In this document: positions 37,683 to 51,080 of the stretch, in pieces
How positions within the stretch are numbered: the stretch's first letter is position 1
How the letters are laid out: the number at the start of each line of letters is the position of its first letter
Assembly: GCA_951406725.2 (NCBI GenBank)
Contig: OX597814.1
Coordinates: 62,124,001 to 62,188,000, forward strand
DNA: 64,000 nucleotides
Direction of reading: 5' to 3'
Source: Octopus vulgaris
Taxonomy: Eukaryota
Program-made: the position numbers and the translations under genes
Notes under the pieces: generated by a model
Told to the model about the DNA's origin: nothing
The model's database searches: none
What the model saw: only the letters and a program-made list of their open reading frames with translations

Positions 37683-37814
37683 AGCAGTGTGGTGAGATCG
37701 AAAGTGTGAAATCTGTGAGTGAACTTTATAGTCCCATGTCTGGAACGGTTATAGAAACCAGCTCGGTTGTAACTGATGAACCAAGTCAAATCAATGCATC
37801 TCCTTATGAAAATG
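37683..37814 (+). CDS. GCSH: GCSH exon 4 (132 nt) containing the lipoyl-lysine motif
   Basis: ttcttttatag| (Q)QCGEIESVKSVSELYSPMSGTVIETSSVVTDEPSQINASPYEN G|gtaaca; ESVK is the lipoylation site. Confidence 0.97.
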
Positions 37815-40800
37815 GTAACATATTTTTGTATGAAACACTTTTTTTCCTTAGCCTTTCAACAAGTTATTGATATAGTACATTTCTCATTCTGTTCTTAAAC
37901 CTTTTGACTGTTTCTAACTTTTGCTCATATATCAAATCCATCTGTTGTTTCACAATAAACTTAAGAACAAACATGATTTGTAAGGACTAACTTTTTGGTG
38001 AAAATTCTTTCTCAGCTCCCAAAATGTTTTTATTTCTAACTCCTGTTTTCAATTGTCTCAATCTCAGTCAAAATAAATCTTTGACAGTGCTGGATTTTGC
38101 CAAAGTTCTGCTTAATTCTTTTATTGCCAAACTGCTTGAAAATTTTGTTGGCTTATAACATCAGATTTTAGTTGTAAATATTATGGACATAGGAAAGGTG
38201 GTGAGGGTTACAAACACTGGAGTATAGATGACCCTTTTAGCAACCAGTAGGGTCTTGAAATTATATCAGTATTTGTATATATGAGACACTAGCAGTACAC
38301 TATTAAATGTGTAAGAAAATTATGATACCTTAGAGACCACCCCCTCAGTTTACTGAAAGCTAATATAAAATATATTAGAAACCAGGGAGACAACTATTGA
38401 CTGAAGATATGGTGGGATATAAAGGGCTGATAGATTTTCAGTTGTATAATATACCAAGCAAATCCACAAAATGAAGGATTAGAGTTTAGAAGATTTGTGT
38501 GGCAAGTACTGAGTACTACTGTAAATTAAATTTTTATATGGAGAGAATGGCCAGGATACAATGTGGTCTGAAAATTTTCATTTCCATGCTATAATCAGTG
38601 CTGTATATTAGTGTGCAACCAGATGAAAATGGCACACCTTGATTATATGGATGGAGTAGACAGGATGAATCAAATGATCAGTTATTGACTGGTTGAAGTT
38701 ATGATACTTGGTTTAGTGTATAGTAAATATGAGTATTGTGAATGTGTTTTTATGATATACCGAAATAAGAGAGGCTCAAAAGCAATAACTGTTGGGAGAA
38801 AGGTAAAAAGCCTGCTGGTGGGATATTCCTCTGGATACAGCTGATTTACATAAGGCAGGAGAAAATCCATGGTTGCAAAAAATACTTCACTTCAAAAGCA
38901 AACAGTGACAGGGTTGCTATTTGACCATAGAATACTCCTTTTATATGCCTTGTCCAACTAGTTCCATTATGAGAAAAGTGGAAGAGGAGGACAAAGATGA
39001 TCTGTAAGCTACAGAACCTTTTATCAGCCACTGAACTATATTTATTGTCTTGTACAACACTGTGTGGATGTGTTTCTGCAGTATGATGCTGTGCAAAAAT
39101 ATTTATAGGTGCAGGCGTAGCTGTGGAGTAAGAAGCTTGCTTCCCAACCACATAATTCTGGGTTCATGGCTATAATTAAATTCAAATTACAATTAAATTT
39201 AAATGAAATGAATTCAATTTAAAATTATAGTCAATCTTCAGGTTAAGAATAATAGTTAAATAAATAAACAAATAGAGTTAAACAATATTTATTTAAAAAA
39301 TAAATAAAATAATAATTTTTCTTATAGAAGAAACTCCATTAACTAAATTTGAAACTTAAAACATTAGGATCAGTTTCCTACAATACATTTATTATGTTAA
39401 ATATTTAAGGTAAAAAAATAGAGTTAATAGATAGAAAAATATATTTATCTGTGAAGATATAATTTAGCTTAATAAAAAAAATTAATAAACTATAGAATAT
39501 CTTTAACCTAGTTATACTCCAATATTTAATTACCAAACTATTTAACAAAACAATCACTATTAATATTTTTAGATTTTAGTTCGCATATAATAAATATAAA
39601 ATAACAAATACATAAAAATATCTAAATTATAATCAACAAATATAGTAATTAAAAATCTATATTTTTTCTATCAATAAACATATAACGAATAAATAAATTA
39701 GTCCATTATTACTTACATAAATATAGATATCTTTAGAAAAAATTTATGAAATACAATTTAAGAATTGAAAATTTCAAATTAAAAACGTATAACCTATCTT
39801 TATAAAATACTTATTACTATTATTAAAAACATTTTTACGATCTAGATTGCAAAGTGACTAACTAATATCTTAAAATTTACATTCGGATATAATAATTATA
39901 AACTAATAATAATTAAATAAATGTACATATGTACAGAATTTATACGTTTTCTCAATTGCTTTAGTAATGTAAGTAAAACTGGCAAATGAAACTGGGGTTG
40001 CAGACAGTTTGCCAAGAACCATTCTTTCATTGCCAATGGAATATAGTTGGCAGAATTTTTGAGACCTTATTCTATTGAAAGGGTTTGTATCTGTCAACTA
40101 TATGACACTATCTTTGACAAAGGGGACCTGAGTGTCCCTGTCGACTAACTGAATATAGTTGTTGTGTGTAGAGAGAGATAGAGTGAGTTTACTTGTGAAA
40201 GCAGCATTAGTTAGTATACAACTGCTTTTGTTATCTTGCTCAAATCTTCTCCTACATTCCGTCTGATTTTTCTGTCTCTTGTTATCTTTTATCCACTTCA
40301 TATTCTGAAAGAGATAACCTTCAACACTCAGCTAGGTTACCTACTTAAAAAGATCTTATTCAAATTGGTTTCTTCAACTCTTTCCTCCTCACCAGCACCA
40401 CCATGCACACACACTCTTGATTCAATGAAGAAGTCTCCACATGGTTGTTTGACTCATTAAAATAGCAGTCAAATCTCCTTCAAATTACATCTCACTGTCT
40501 AGGAAAAGGATATATTTGATGATATGATCTTTGGTTCTTTGCACATAGGAAAAAGATGAGATTGTTACTGCTGAAATGGTTCTGATCAGAAGTTTGCCTG
40601 GTCAAGGCTACTTGAGGTTAAACAAAAATCTACTGGTGTTCTAAATATCTTTCATTGTTCTCACTTTAAATTCTGCAGGAATCCTCTACATAATTTTTAA
40701 TCATATACTGATGGGTGTCCTTAGTTATGTGTTGACTGAACTAGCTGGGGAACAAAATGTAGAAAGAAAAAACTAAAAGATTACCAAGACTTCATTTGTA

Positions 40801-41120
40801 TGCATAAGAAAAAGTTGAAATGCAGAGTCAGCCCTCTTCTATTTCATTACCTCTAAAATGGTGAAATATTTCCTTACATAAGACACAAAGCCAGAAGTTT
40901 ATGGAGAAAGGACAATTATATTTCCCCAATTCTTGACTTGTACTTCAATTTATTGACCTTGGATTGATTAGAAGCAAAGGTTAACTTCAGCATAACATAA
41001 AAGAGCAGGAACAAATAGTGCATTTTGTAATTTAGTCATATGATGTGATATGTTATGAAGATAGTGTAGGGAAAACACTAAATTTGTTTTTAATGTTCCT
41101 TACTCCTTTTATAATTTCAG

Positions 41121-41218
41121 GGTGGTTGATGAAGATTGAGGTGAGTGACAAAAATGAATTAAATGAGTTGATGCCAGAAACTGCCTACCAAGAATTCTTA
41201 ACAACATTTGAACACTAA
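41121..41218 (+). CDS. GCSH: GCSH exon 5 (terminal coding, 98 nt)
   Basis: ataatttcag| (G)WLMKIEVSDKNELNELMPETAYQEFLTTFEH*; the spliced CDS totals 501 nt. Confidence 0.96.
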
Positions 41219-41383
41219 GAGGAATAAAGAAATCAAGAGAATAAGGAACTCAGGGACATCAGAGTAGAGTTGCTGTAATTTCAGTCATATTATTTGTTCA
41301 TCTTGATTATTATATTGTGTATCTGTAATCTGGAATGTTCTCTGCAGAATTATTTTAAAATGAACCTTATATGACTTTTAAGT

Positions 41384-41423
41384 ATTAAAACAAAATTATA
41401 AGAAAATTGTTGTTGTGTTGTTG
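41384..41423 (+). terminator. Candidate GCSH polyadenylation signal
   Basis: ATTAAA at 41384-41389 followed by GT-rich ttgttgttgtgttgttg. An AATAAA also lies at 41223-41228. Confidence 0.45.
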
Positions 41424-44400
41424 AACAATCTTGGTTTGCCATCATTTTAATGCCTACTTTTCTATGCCTGCATGGGTTGAATGGAATTTATTGTGGAGTT
41501 TCAACAGTTGGTTGACCTTCCTCACCAGTTTCTAAGTAAATTAATATTTCCCTGTGATCAGTCAAGTCCTTGGAGGATTAGAAATGAAGGACAGCACTTG
41601 CATGATGATGATACTTATTCAAGATTACCATGCAGTATTAAGGCAAGGAGACAGTAACACACAGTGCAGGCCCCTGGTTTTGTTAGTTCCTGTCAAGCTA
41701 TCCAACCCATGCCAGCATGGAAAACAGACGTTAAATGTGGTTGATGCTGCTGCTGCTGATGATGATAACTGGCTTCTTTCGGTTTCTGTCACCAAATTCA
41801 CTCAAAGCTTTGGTCTGCCCAGGGCTATAGTAGAAGACATATTCACTTTGGTGCCATACAGTGGGTCTGAACCCAGAACCATGAGGTTGGGAAGCAAACT
41901 TCTTACCACACAGCTTACACTTGTCTTAAGAATAAATAAGGATTGTAGTATTTAATCTAAAAGTTTTTTTACTTAATCAAGGAGGGGAGGGCAGTGTTCA
42001 TGCCCCCCCCCATTTTTTTTTTAGGTCTTTTAAAATTAGTCAAAGGAAACCTTGAGCTCTACTAATGAAGCTATGGATTAAGTCTACTGCCCAAAATTTT
42101 AGACCTCAAGGAACCAGAAGAAACATTGCAAGGAATTTTGTCTGATACTAATTACTTTTTCAATCCACTGTCCTTGATTGTACTTTTATTTTTATCAATG
42201 AGAATTGAAGTCAGAGTATAGAGAGAATCAGCAAATTACTGCAAGGTTTTTTTGAGACTTTGAGGCTTATAATTAGTTGTTTTGTCCAAGAACAGTGATA
42301 TTGAAATACTTCACCTTGGTTATGTTTTTTTATGAGCCAACCAAAGCCTTGCATGTGGATTTGGCAGTGGAAACTGAAAGAAGCCCATCAATCTAACCCA
42401 TACTCAATTCATCATCTAGATTTAATCTGTATAGTATTGTTTATGTAAACAACAAATAGGTTGTTAATGTACAGGACAAAAAAATTGTGGTAACATAATT
42501 GAGCTTTAGGGCACAACCATTGGTTGTGGGTGACGAGTTGCTGCGCACGTGCTGCAACAGTTCAAGCTTTATGCCAGAATGATTAATGTCAAGTGCTGCA
42601 ATGTTTTTACTTTATTTGTGAAGGGTGAGAGACCACCAAGTAACATAGGAGAGCAAACTCCTAGTAGATCTATTTATGCAGGGATGGGCTAAAAGTCATG
42701 CACCAAAATTAAAACAATGAATAATGATAATGCTTTCAAATTTTGGCACAAGACCAGCAATTTAGGAGGAGGGATAGGTCAATTAGATTGACACCCCAGT
42801 GCTCAACAGATACTTATTTTATCAAGCTCAGAATGTTAAGACAGATGGATAATACTGTTATATAAATAAAATTTTGAATGCTTTGGAGTGTGACTTTTGG
42901 CCCACTATTGAAGCTGAATGGACAATTACTGAGAAAGGAGAGGGACTAAAGGTGATTATCAATGGTCTCTGTCAGTTCTGAGATGCTAGAAGTGTGGTCA
43001 CGGAAACTTCTCTTCTTGAGGATGGAACATTGTAGAATATTTCCTAAAATCAGACTAGATTGATAGAATAGTCTTCGGGCTTAGATTTCAAATCTGAGAA
43101 CAACTTTCTTCTCTACCAATCCTGGAAGTTCTGAAATATAAGTCATGAGCACTGTTCTACATCCTAAATCAGTAAAAAAAACTGTTGCACAGTCCAGATG
43201 AAGAGCTATGATCAAGGCTTTGATAATCCCATCATATTTTCCAAACAGTTTCAAAAGTGCAGAACTAGAGGACAATTTCATTGACAGAGTATGTCAACAT
43301 GACCATTTTTTAAACTTGACAATTTTTATGTTTAGCAAGAAATATAAGCTTTCACACACGCAAATACATATTATACAAAGGACTTCCATACAGTTTCTTG
43401 TGATCCAGTTTCATTCACAAGACATTGGTCATCCTAAGACATAAGCTCGAGATGTTATATAATGAGATAAAACTCAAGACTAGTAACAAAGTAAACTCAA
43501 TGTTCACACAGCCATACTGTGCCTGAATATGAAGAAAGAATTAACAAACAAAATACATTGACATATAAATAACCAAACAATTATATTTCTTGCTTTTTAT
43601 TCAATTGTTATAATAATTATATTTAGAAATTGCACACATTTTTTTTTTAAATGAGAGAAGTCACTTCAATCTAATTCTATTTAGACCGAGGACTGGTAAA
43701 AGTGAGGAAAGAATCATATTGGTTTTTTTTTTTTATTTGTTTTTTTTTTTAAACCTTTTCATATCCTCTTAATCTGTACAAAATGATGAATAAATATGTC
43801 ATTCATTATTATTATTTTATTTCCTATTCTATCCTGAAAAGTTTCATTTAATTTATAACTAATATTTATTACTTCACTACCCTATTATTCTTCAGAATTG
43901 ACCCCATATTTGAAGAAACTATTCAAAGTGTCAATTGCAAATATTCCATAATATATTAGTTTATTCAAAACTGAAGCTTTGATAAGAGTCTCAGTTCATG
44001 TTGCAAAAACTAATAATGATTGAGCTTTTTTGCCTTTGAATATTTAGTTTATAAATTCCCATTTGTGTACTCTTTGTATCCTTAAATGTATGCTTGTTTT
44101 TGTAGAGATAAATGAGATGACAAATTGTGAAACATAAATAAGACAACTACAAATTACGAATTTATTTGTATTTCTTAAAAAGACAAGATCCCTTTTTTTT
44201 TAAAGACATGTGAGTATAGACAATGTTCTCATCAACAATATATTAATTACATGTTATTTTATGACCTTCATTACAATTAGAAAGGCTAGATCTCGGGTAA
44301 AAATTGAACATGGAATCTATGAAATGACAAAAACATTATAAGACATTTTAGTTTTCCTACATTCAAAGCATTAAGAGGAGAGAAAAAACCCTGCTGGTAC

Positions 44401-47400
44401 TGAAGATAGAACTCCAGCACATACAGAGTTCAAATGACTTTAGTCCAGTTAAAAGACTTAATGGCAACACTATCATATAGGAAGAGCAGAACAATGACAG
44501 TCACCAGAATCTTGAGGAATCATTGTATTGTTTGAAGTTACTTTAATAAGAAATATATATCAATTATAATTAACAATGAGAATTTTAATACACACTAATC
44601 TATTACAGAAAAAGATGCAGCTCAACAAGCGACATATTTGTAGATCTCAAGTTTTGGCAGAGAGCCTGTTCTTTGTTTGTCCCAGATTAGTGCTTTTATA
44701 TATATATATATATATAATTCAAATTATTAGATATGATTATTTTTTCATAATTCATTTTAATAGCAATGTGTCTCTTGTTGATGCAAAGATGTAGCTTAAT
44801 TTTGTTATATGATATTAAACATGTTTATGTAATCATATGCAAAAAAGAGGACTGAAAAAAATCACGTAAGTAGCTCAACTTTCTATTGTTGGTTTTAGAA
44901 TTAAAAAAACTTATATACATATTGTATAATACATAAATAGTATTATATATATAAAATGCATTGCATTTATGTATACTTAGCACACGTAAATACAATTATA
45001 AAGGTAATAATACCTGTATATTTACAGAAACCATAAGAAAGTAGTATGCACCTCTTTTCTGAATCCTAGCTGAATAATGCAATAGAAGGAATATGGTTGT
45101 AAAACTGAATGTTGAAAATGAAAAAAATATTAATGACAAAGAAATCTAAATGCAGGAAGATCTAAGTTGAGATAAGTTAATAGATAAAGAATTTGGCTGA
45201 TATGAGAATCAGTAAGTTTACTGAGGAGAAAAATCATCAACTTAATTGATTAAGTGAGAGGCTATCTACATGACCAAGAAAACCAACACATACAGTTCAC
45301 AGCCCTGAATACCTATTAGGAGGCTGACAACAGCCCGCTATCGTATGTATATATTCAACACGATGAGGAATTTCTGCTCTTATGACTTTTTAGAAATCAT
45401 CAAAGGTGTTTTTACAAAATGATGCCAACAAATATTTTGAGTTGTATCTCTTGAATGTAAAATAAAAATGAACTAAACAGATAACTTACTAAACAAAAAT
45501 GATGTGAATTTTTTTCACAAATCAACTTCTTGCCATTTTGGAACGAAATGCAGAAATAACCTAGAGCTCTTTTATGTGTTGTAATTGGTAATTCTAATCT
45601 CAGATTTAATAATAATAATAATAATCCTTTCTACCTTAGGCACAAGGTCTGAAATTTTGCAGGAGAGGACTAGTTGATTACATTGACCCCAGTGCTCAAC
45701 TGGTACTTATTTTATTGGCCCTGAAAGAATGAAAGGCAAAGTCAACCTTGGGGAATTTGAATTCAGAAATGCTGCTATGTATTGATTCTGCCAGTTCACC
45801 ACCTCAATAATAATAATTCTTTCTAATTTTGGCACAGGGCCAGTAATTTCAGAGAGAGGTATAATTGATAATAATGAAAGGTATTATCTGAGATTAAATT
45901 TTATGCGGCTAACTAGATCCTGTTATTACATGATCTGATAGAATAGTCTTATTCAACGAAAAAGAGACAGGGATTATGCTAATCAAGATTCTTCTTACAA
46001 GCATCAACATTCTTCATCTCAAGACTGAAGAAGGAATATTAAATAGTAAGGTTAATTCCAATACTAGCTTTATTAAGGAAGAAATGATGAGAAGTAGGTG
46101 ACAACATAACTGACTATTAAAGATGGTTAGTGTTCTGTCTGCTTGTTTTCATGTTGAGAGAGGAGTAATTTGCACTAACCATCCTGGCAGAAACATTACC
46201 AGGATTAGCCTTGCTCTGACACACTGAAATATTTCAGGATATAAACAATCACGAGAAGATTCCACAATATCATATATAGTTGATGCTGAGTTTTGAATTC
46301 TGAGCAAAGAGGTACATAACCATTATTTTAAAACAATAACAGTTTCTAACTGAGGCACAAACCAGCAATTTTAAGGGGAAGGGGCTAGTCAATTACATTG
46401 ATCCCACTACTTGACTAGTACTTTATTTTATTGACCTACAAGTGATGAAAGGCAAAGTTGACCTTGGTGGGGTGTGAATTGAGAACTGAGCGCTGGTAAT
46501 ACTGCTATCCACCACCCTATATGATAATATTTTAAAACAATAATATTAATACTCATAAGCCTATAGAATACAGAAGGTACTAAAACACATCAGTTCAGGA
46601 ACAATTGGAAAGATTATTCTATAATTTTTGTTGTTATCTAGTCATAAATCAAAACAGAGTAATATTCATTAAGTATATTACATAAATTCTAACAAAAAGT
46701 TCAATCATATAGGATTTCACACAATACAACTCATATTGATATTCAGCATAAAGCTGGTATGGTACAGACTTTCAATTGTTATGGCATCATCATTCAAAAG
46801 GAAATGGAACATTACACTCATCATGTAGAAGTATTATTTTCAAATATTCTGTCAAGGAAACCAACTAAAGGAAATAGTTTTTGCATTAAATAGTGATTCA
46901 AAACTGTAAACAGAGGAATTGAAGGTGTTCAAGATTAATTAAATCATAAAAAGCAAAAACGAAATTGCAGATTCTTGTGCAATATGCATGAATTAAGTCC
47001 AGATCTGAAGCATTTCTGACAGTGGACAATCCTAACAATAATTATAATAATGATTTCTATTGGCATAAGGCCTCACATCTGTAGGGCAGGAGGAGTATCA
47101 TCAATTTAATCTCAAGACATAGAACTTAGACAACAAAATGACATAAATAAATATTACAATGATTTCCTTTATTACCACATGGCTTATAAAGGAAATTAGT
47201 TGATGTAAAAAAATTCATCCTAGCTTGGAACCAATTGCATCATATCCATGAACTATATACATCATAATTAGGGAGCAGACATGAACTATGCTGCTTAAAC
47301 ATGCACAAAGAAATTAGAATTTTTTACGTTACACATAAAACACAGAAAGACTTTAACATGTAGCTTACACATTTGGTACCATGCTAGTGCAGCAGGTGAA

Positions 47401-49262
47401 ATATATTTGGAAGAACATTTTTGAAATTTGGAAATAATTGGCAGTGACAAGAAAAATATCTGTAGTGTACGGAGTGAACAACATTCAAACTCTAATTCAC
47501 ATATTTTTACCCAAATTCTATACATTTATTTGATTTCACATTTTCATAATTCACACTTTGCTTAGAACTTCCTGAGCCTCAAATGAAACAACAAAGAAAG
47601 GAAAATGATGATGCTTATGAGGATGACCCATAATAATAATAATAATAATAATAACAAAAATAACGGTTTCTAATAGTACAAGGCTTGATTTCTGTGGGAT
47701 GAGGTTTAGTTAATTGAACTGACCCCAGTACTTGTGTGGTAGTCATTTTATCAACTCTGGAGGGATGAAAAGCAAAGATGACTTTGACAGGATTTGGAGT
47801 TAGATGAAATACTGTAACCAAATACTGTAAAGCTTTTCTCCAGTAATCTGACAATTCTGCCATTCCACCATCCTAATTAATAATAATAATGGTTTCCTTC
47901 ACAAATATTCATTTAAATATAAAGTTGCAATTTCCATATTTTCCTCAAAGGTACTGGCGAAGTGAAACAGTTTTCAACCTGGAATCAAAAGCACACCACA
48001 CACCAGTATCCATCGCAACAATAATTTTACATCCATAATTGTTACTATAACAAACAAAATAAACCTTAATAGATAAAGCTAAGGGGAGAGAGAGAGAGAT
48101 GAAGTGGAGAATGCATTAGAGAATTACTGAAACTAAACTTGTAGCAATCTAGTCTAATCCTTGAATGAAAGGTCCCGACCAATAACAACATAAAAAAAAA
48201 GTAATCACAATCAAAATAAAAAGCTAAAAAGAAAGAAAAAAGTGAGTGGTGATGGTTTTAGATAAGGTTGGAGTATTAGAGGTGCTAACACAAAACAGTT
48301 GTGAAAGATGATCAAGAGAAGAAAATAGAAGTCCAAACTGATTAAAGTTCAAAGGCTTTAAAAGAAAATGATAAAACTGTACAGATGTCACATCATTGGT
48401 ATGTTCCCTTATTTTTAACACAAATATTGGTTAGATTATTTTTATTTATTTATATTCAAGTAATTGTACTTCAACACTTACACTATACTGTTTGGTTTGT
48501 TCTTTATTTTCCTTTTTGTTTTCTTGTTATTTTTCTGGTGTTTGTTTAATTCTTCAATTTTTCACATTTAAAACAATGTTTTGATATTTCATCTAAATAG
48601 AAATGGTAACTGTTCCTGTGACTTACATCTCTATATTATTACTTTCATATATTTTGCATATTATTTTATTAATTTTAATTTCATTATTATCATATGTCTT
48701 TTTACATCCATTTTTTTTTTTTGCTTTCTTCCCTAAGATAGCATGAGTTACATAATTCTGCAAATTTACTTTTCATGCATGAATGCACACTTACATACAC
48801 ATATGCACGCACACACACACAATGTTTAAAACAAGTGTCTTTAAAACTAGATACCTTTTCTGTCACTAAACATTCAGTGAAAAAGGTGACATGCTTTTGT
48901 TTTGTCAAATTTAAATCAACTGAAATAAGTTTATATACAGCACATATTATCTCACTTGCTCCAGTCAACTTTATTTAAAAAAAAAAAGGACCCATTACTA
49001 CTTCACTATTGGTTTGAATGTTAGAAATAACAGAAGTTGAGGTGTAGAAAACATTACTTCAACAACTCATATTATGAAAATATCAAAATTTGTAGAGGCA
49101 CTCTCTAATACCCTGCAGATTAACATAGAAAAGAAACTTGGATATAACATTTTTTAAAATGCTGAGTGTTCTTTTCTTTTCTAGTTTTTGAGCAGGTATT
49201 CTTTCTCGCGTTACCATCTACAAATTTTAAAAAGAAAAAAAATGGCAAGGCAAAGTCAGTCC

Positions 49263-49380
49263 CTATCGAAGGGCACGGATTATTCTATATGTTATGAATC
49301 CAAAACCAGTTGCCACAGCCAGACCAATAGCTGCCTTTATAAACAACTTCTTATCCTTGTTGTAGATGTTTTTCAAGTAT
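49263..49380 (-). CDS. RHOT1: Probable mitochondrial Rho GTPase (Miro) terminal coding exon encoding the tail anchor
   Basis: Acceptor tttcttatttcag|, phase 2; YLKNIYNKDKKLFIKAAIGLAVATGFGFITYRIIRALR*. This C-terminal TMD with basic flanks resembles Miro tails (recalled pattern W/F-L/I-K/R-A-x-x-G-x-x-x-x-x-x-x-G-F). The GTPase/EF-hand exons are not in the window. Confidence 0.75.
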
Positions 49381-50204
49381 CTGAAATAAGAAAGAAATAT
49401 TTTTGAATACAAGAGTTATGAATATGCATGAATGTATTTAAAAAGGAAATCCCTCCTCACTTCACACACACAAAGTTTCAGTTTATCCTTTAAAAGTTAT
49501 AAATGTAGACTACCTCATAACTAAGATGCCTACATGACTGGCTGGGCATAACAAATTTAATGTGACGGTGGACTGTTGTACTTTAGCTATTGTACAAAGT
49601 CAACAAAGACATATCTACTTCAGTTTCTAAAAGGATTTATCCCATTCCAAGATAAGTAATTATAATGATAAGTGAGATTTCTTTAAATGTAACAGAATAA
49701 CGACAAACATAAAACAGTGTGTAATTCAGTCATTTGGAATTGATATAGTGTACACTGCATGTCATCAATGATGAAAGGGATTGACATCAGGAAGGGAATA
49801 ATCTGGCTGCAGTTCAAGGAGTCCCATCCTGTTTCTGCACCAATAGATGAGTATAGGCCTGAGAACAATGATGATGATAATGGTAAAATATTGATATTCA
49901 GACATTACTAACAAGACGTACTAAGCAGTACATAATGTATGAGTTCAAATTTTCTTATATGCTTTATGCAAACAAACTTCACACTCATTATAAAAGCACA
50001 AATCTTTACAAAGCAAGATAGGAAAAACAGAAACCATTTTCTAGTTTAAAACATGAGAAGTTTATAGGATTAAAATATATTTGATGAGGTTTGCCACTCT
50101 AAATATACCATATGAGAATTAATTTCAATAAAAAGTCTTTTCTTTTTCCTAATTTACCATTTATATTAATGTGAGTATATAAGAAAGAGATAGAAATTGT
50201 GTGT

Positions 50205-50670
50205 GTATTGCTGGTGTCAAGTTGTGGCCAATGCCAGTGTCACATAACTAACACCCATGCTGGTGTCACGTAAAAAGCACCTTTCAAGCTTTTACATGAA
50301 GCAATGTGGCCAATGCTGGTGTTGTGTAACTAGAACCTGTGCTGGTGGCATGTAAAAAGTACCTTTTGAGTGTTGGGCCTCACAGAGGTGATGACAAATG
50401 ACCGAGACTTCCAGCAATATGCCATGCTTGAGTAGAAGACCCATCAAGCCAAGTGAAATTGTAGTTGTGGCAGATACTGGTGTCACACAAATGGCACCTG
50501 TGCTGGTAGCACATAAATGCACCCATTACACTCTCAGAGTGGTTGGCATTCAGCCATAAAAACCATGCCAAATCAGACCAGTGTTTGGTGCAGCCCCTCA
50601 GCTTCCCAGCACTGGTCAAACCAACCAACCCATGCCAGTATAGACAACAGACATTAAATGATGATAATGA
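50205..50670 (+). mobile_element. Old RTE-tail-derived element
   Basis: Diverged copy of the ggcac.taaa..gcaccc...ggttggcatt...aacccatgccag...ttaaatgatgat tail. Confidence 0.65.
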
Positions 50671-50774
50671 TATATCTAAAAAAAATGCTCGTCTTTCAGC
50701 TTTCAATTACACAACAAATATTTAACCATTTGATATATTGTTACATGCATATTAAATCGTGTATATTATCTGAT

Positions 50775-51080
50775 GGAGGCGCAATGGCCAAGTGGTTAGG
50801 GTGGCGGACTCGTGGGCGGAGGATCGTGGTTTTGATTTCCAGACCAGGTGTTGTGTGTGTTTATTGAGTGAAAACACCTAAAAGCTCCACGAGGCTCTGG
50901 CAGGGGGTGGTGGCAACCCCTGTTGTACTCTTTCGCCACGACTTTCTCCACTCTCTCTTCCTGTTTCTTGATTAACACTGCGATGGACTGGCATCCTGTC
51001 CAGCTGGGGGGAACACATACACCACAGAAACCGGGAAACTGGGCCCATGAGCCTGGTTAGGCTTGAAAAGGGCGGGAAAA
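50775..51080 (+). mobile_element. tRNA-derived SINE (third family)
   Basis: Head ggaggcgcaatggccaagtggttagggtggcggactc...gtggttttgatttcc with degenerate A/B boxes. Confidence 0.7.

Noticed and set aside
42880-43300. Higher-GC stretch with protein-looking short frames
   Set aside because: In-frame stops, no splice structure and no recognised family; probably an ancient repeat.
45385-45455. Possible alternative terminal exon for the minus-strand gene
   Set aside because: Weak AAG/GAG acceptors, and the resulting short peptides have no transmembrane segment or recognisable similarity.
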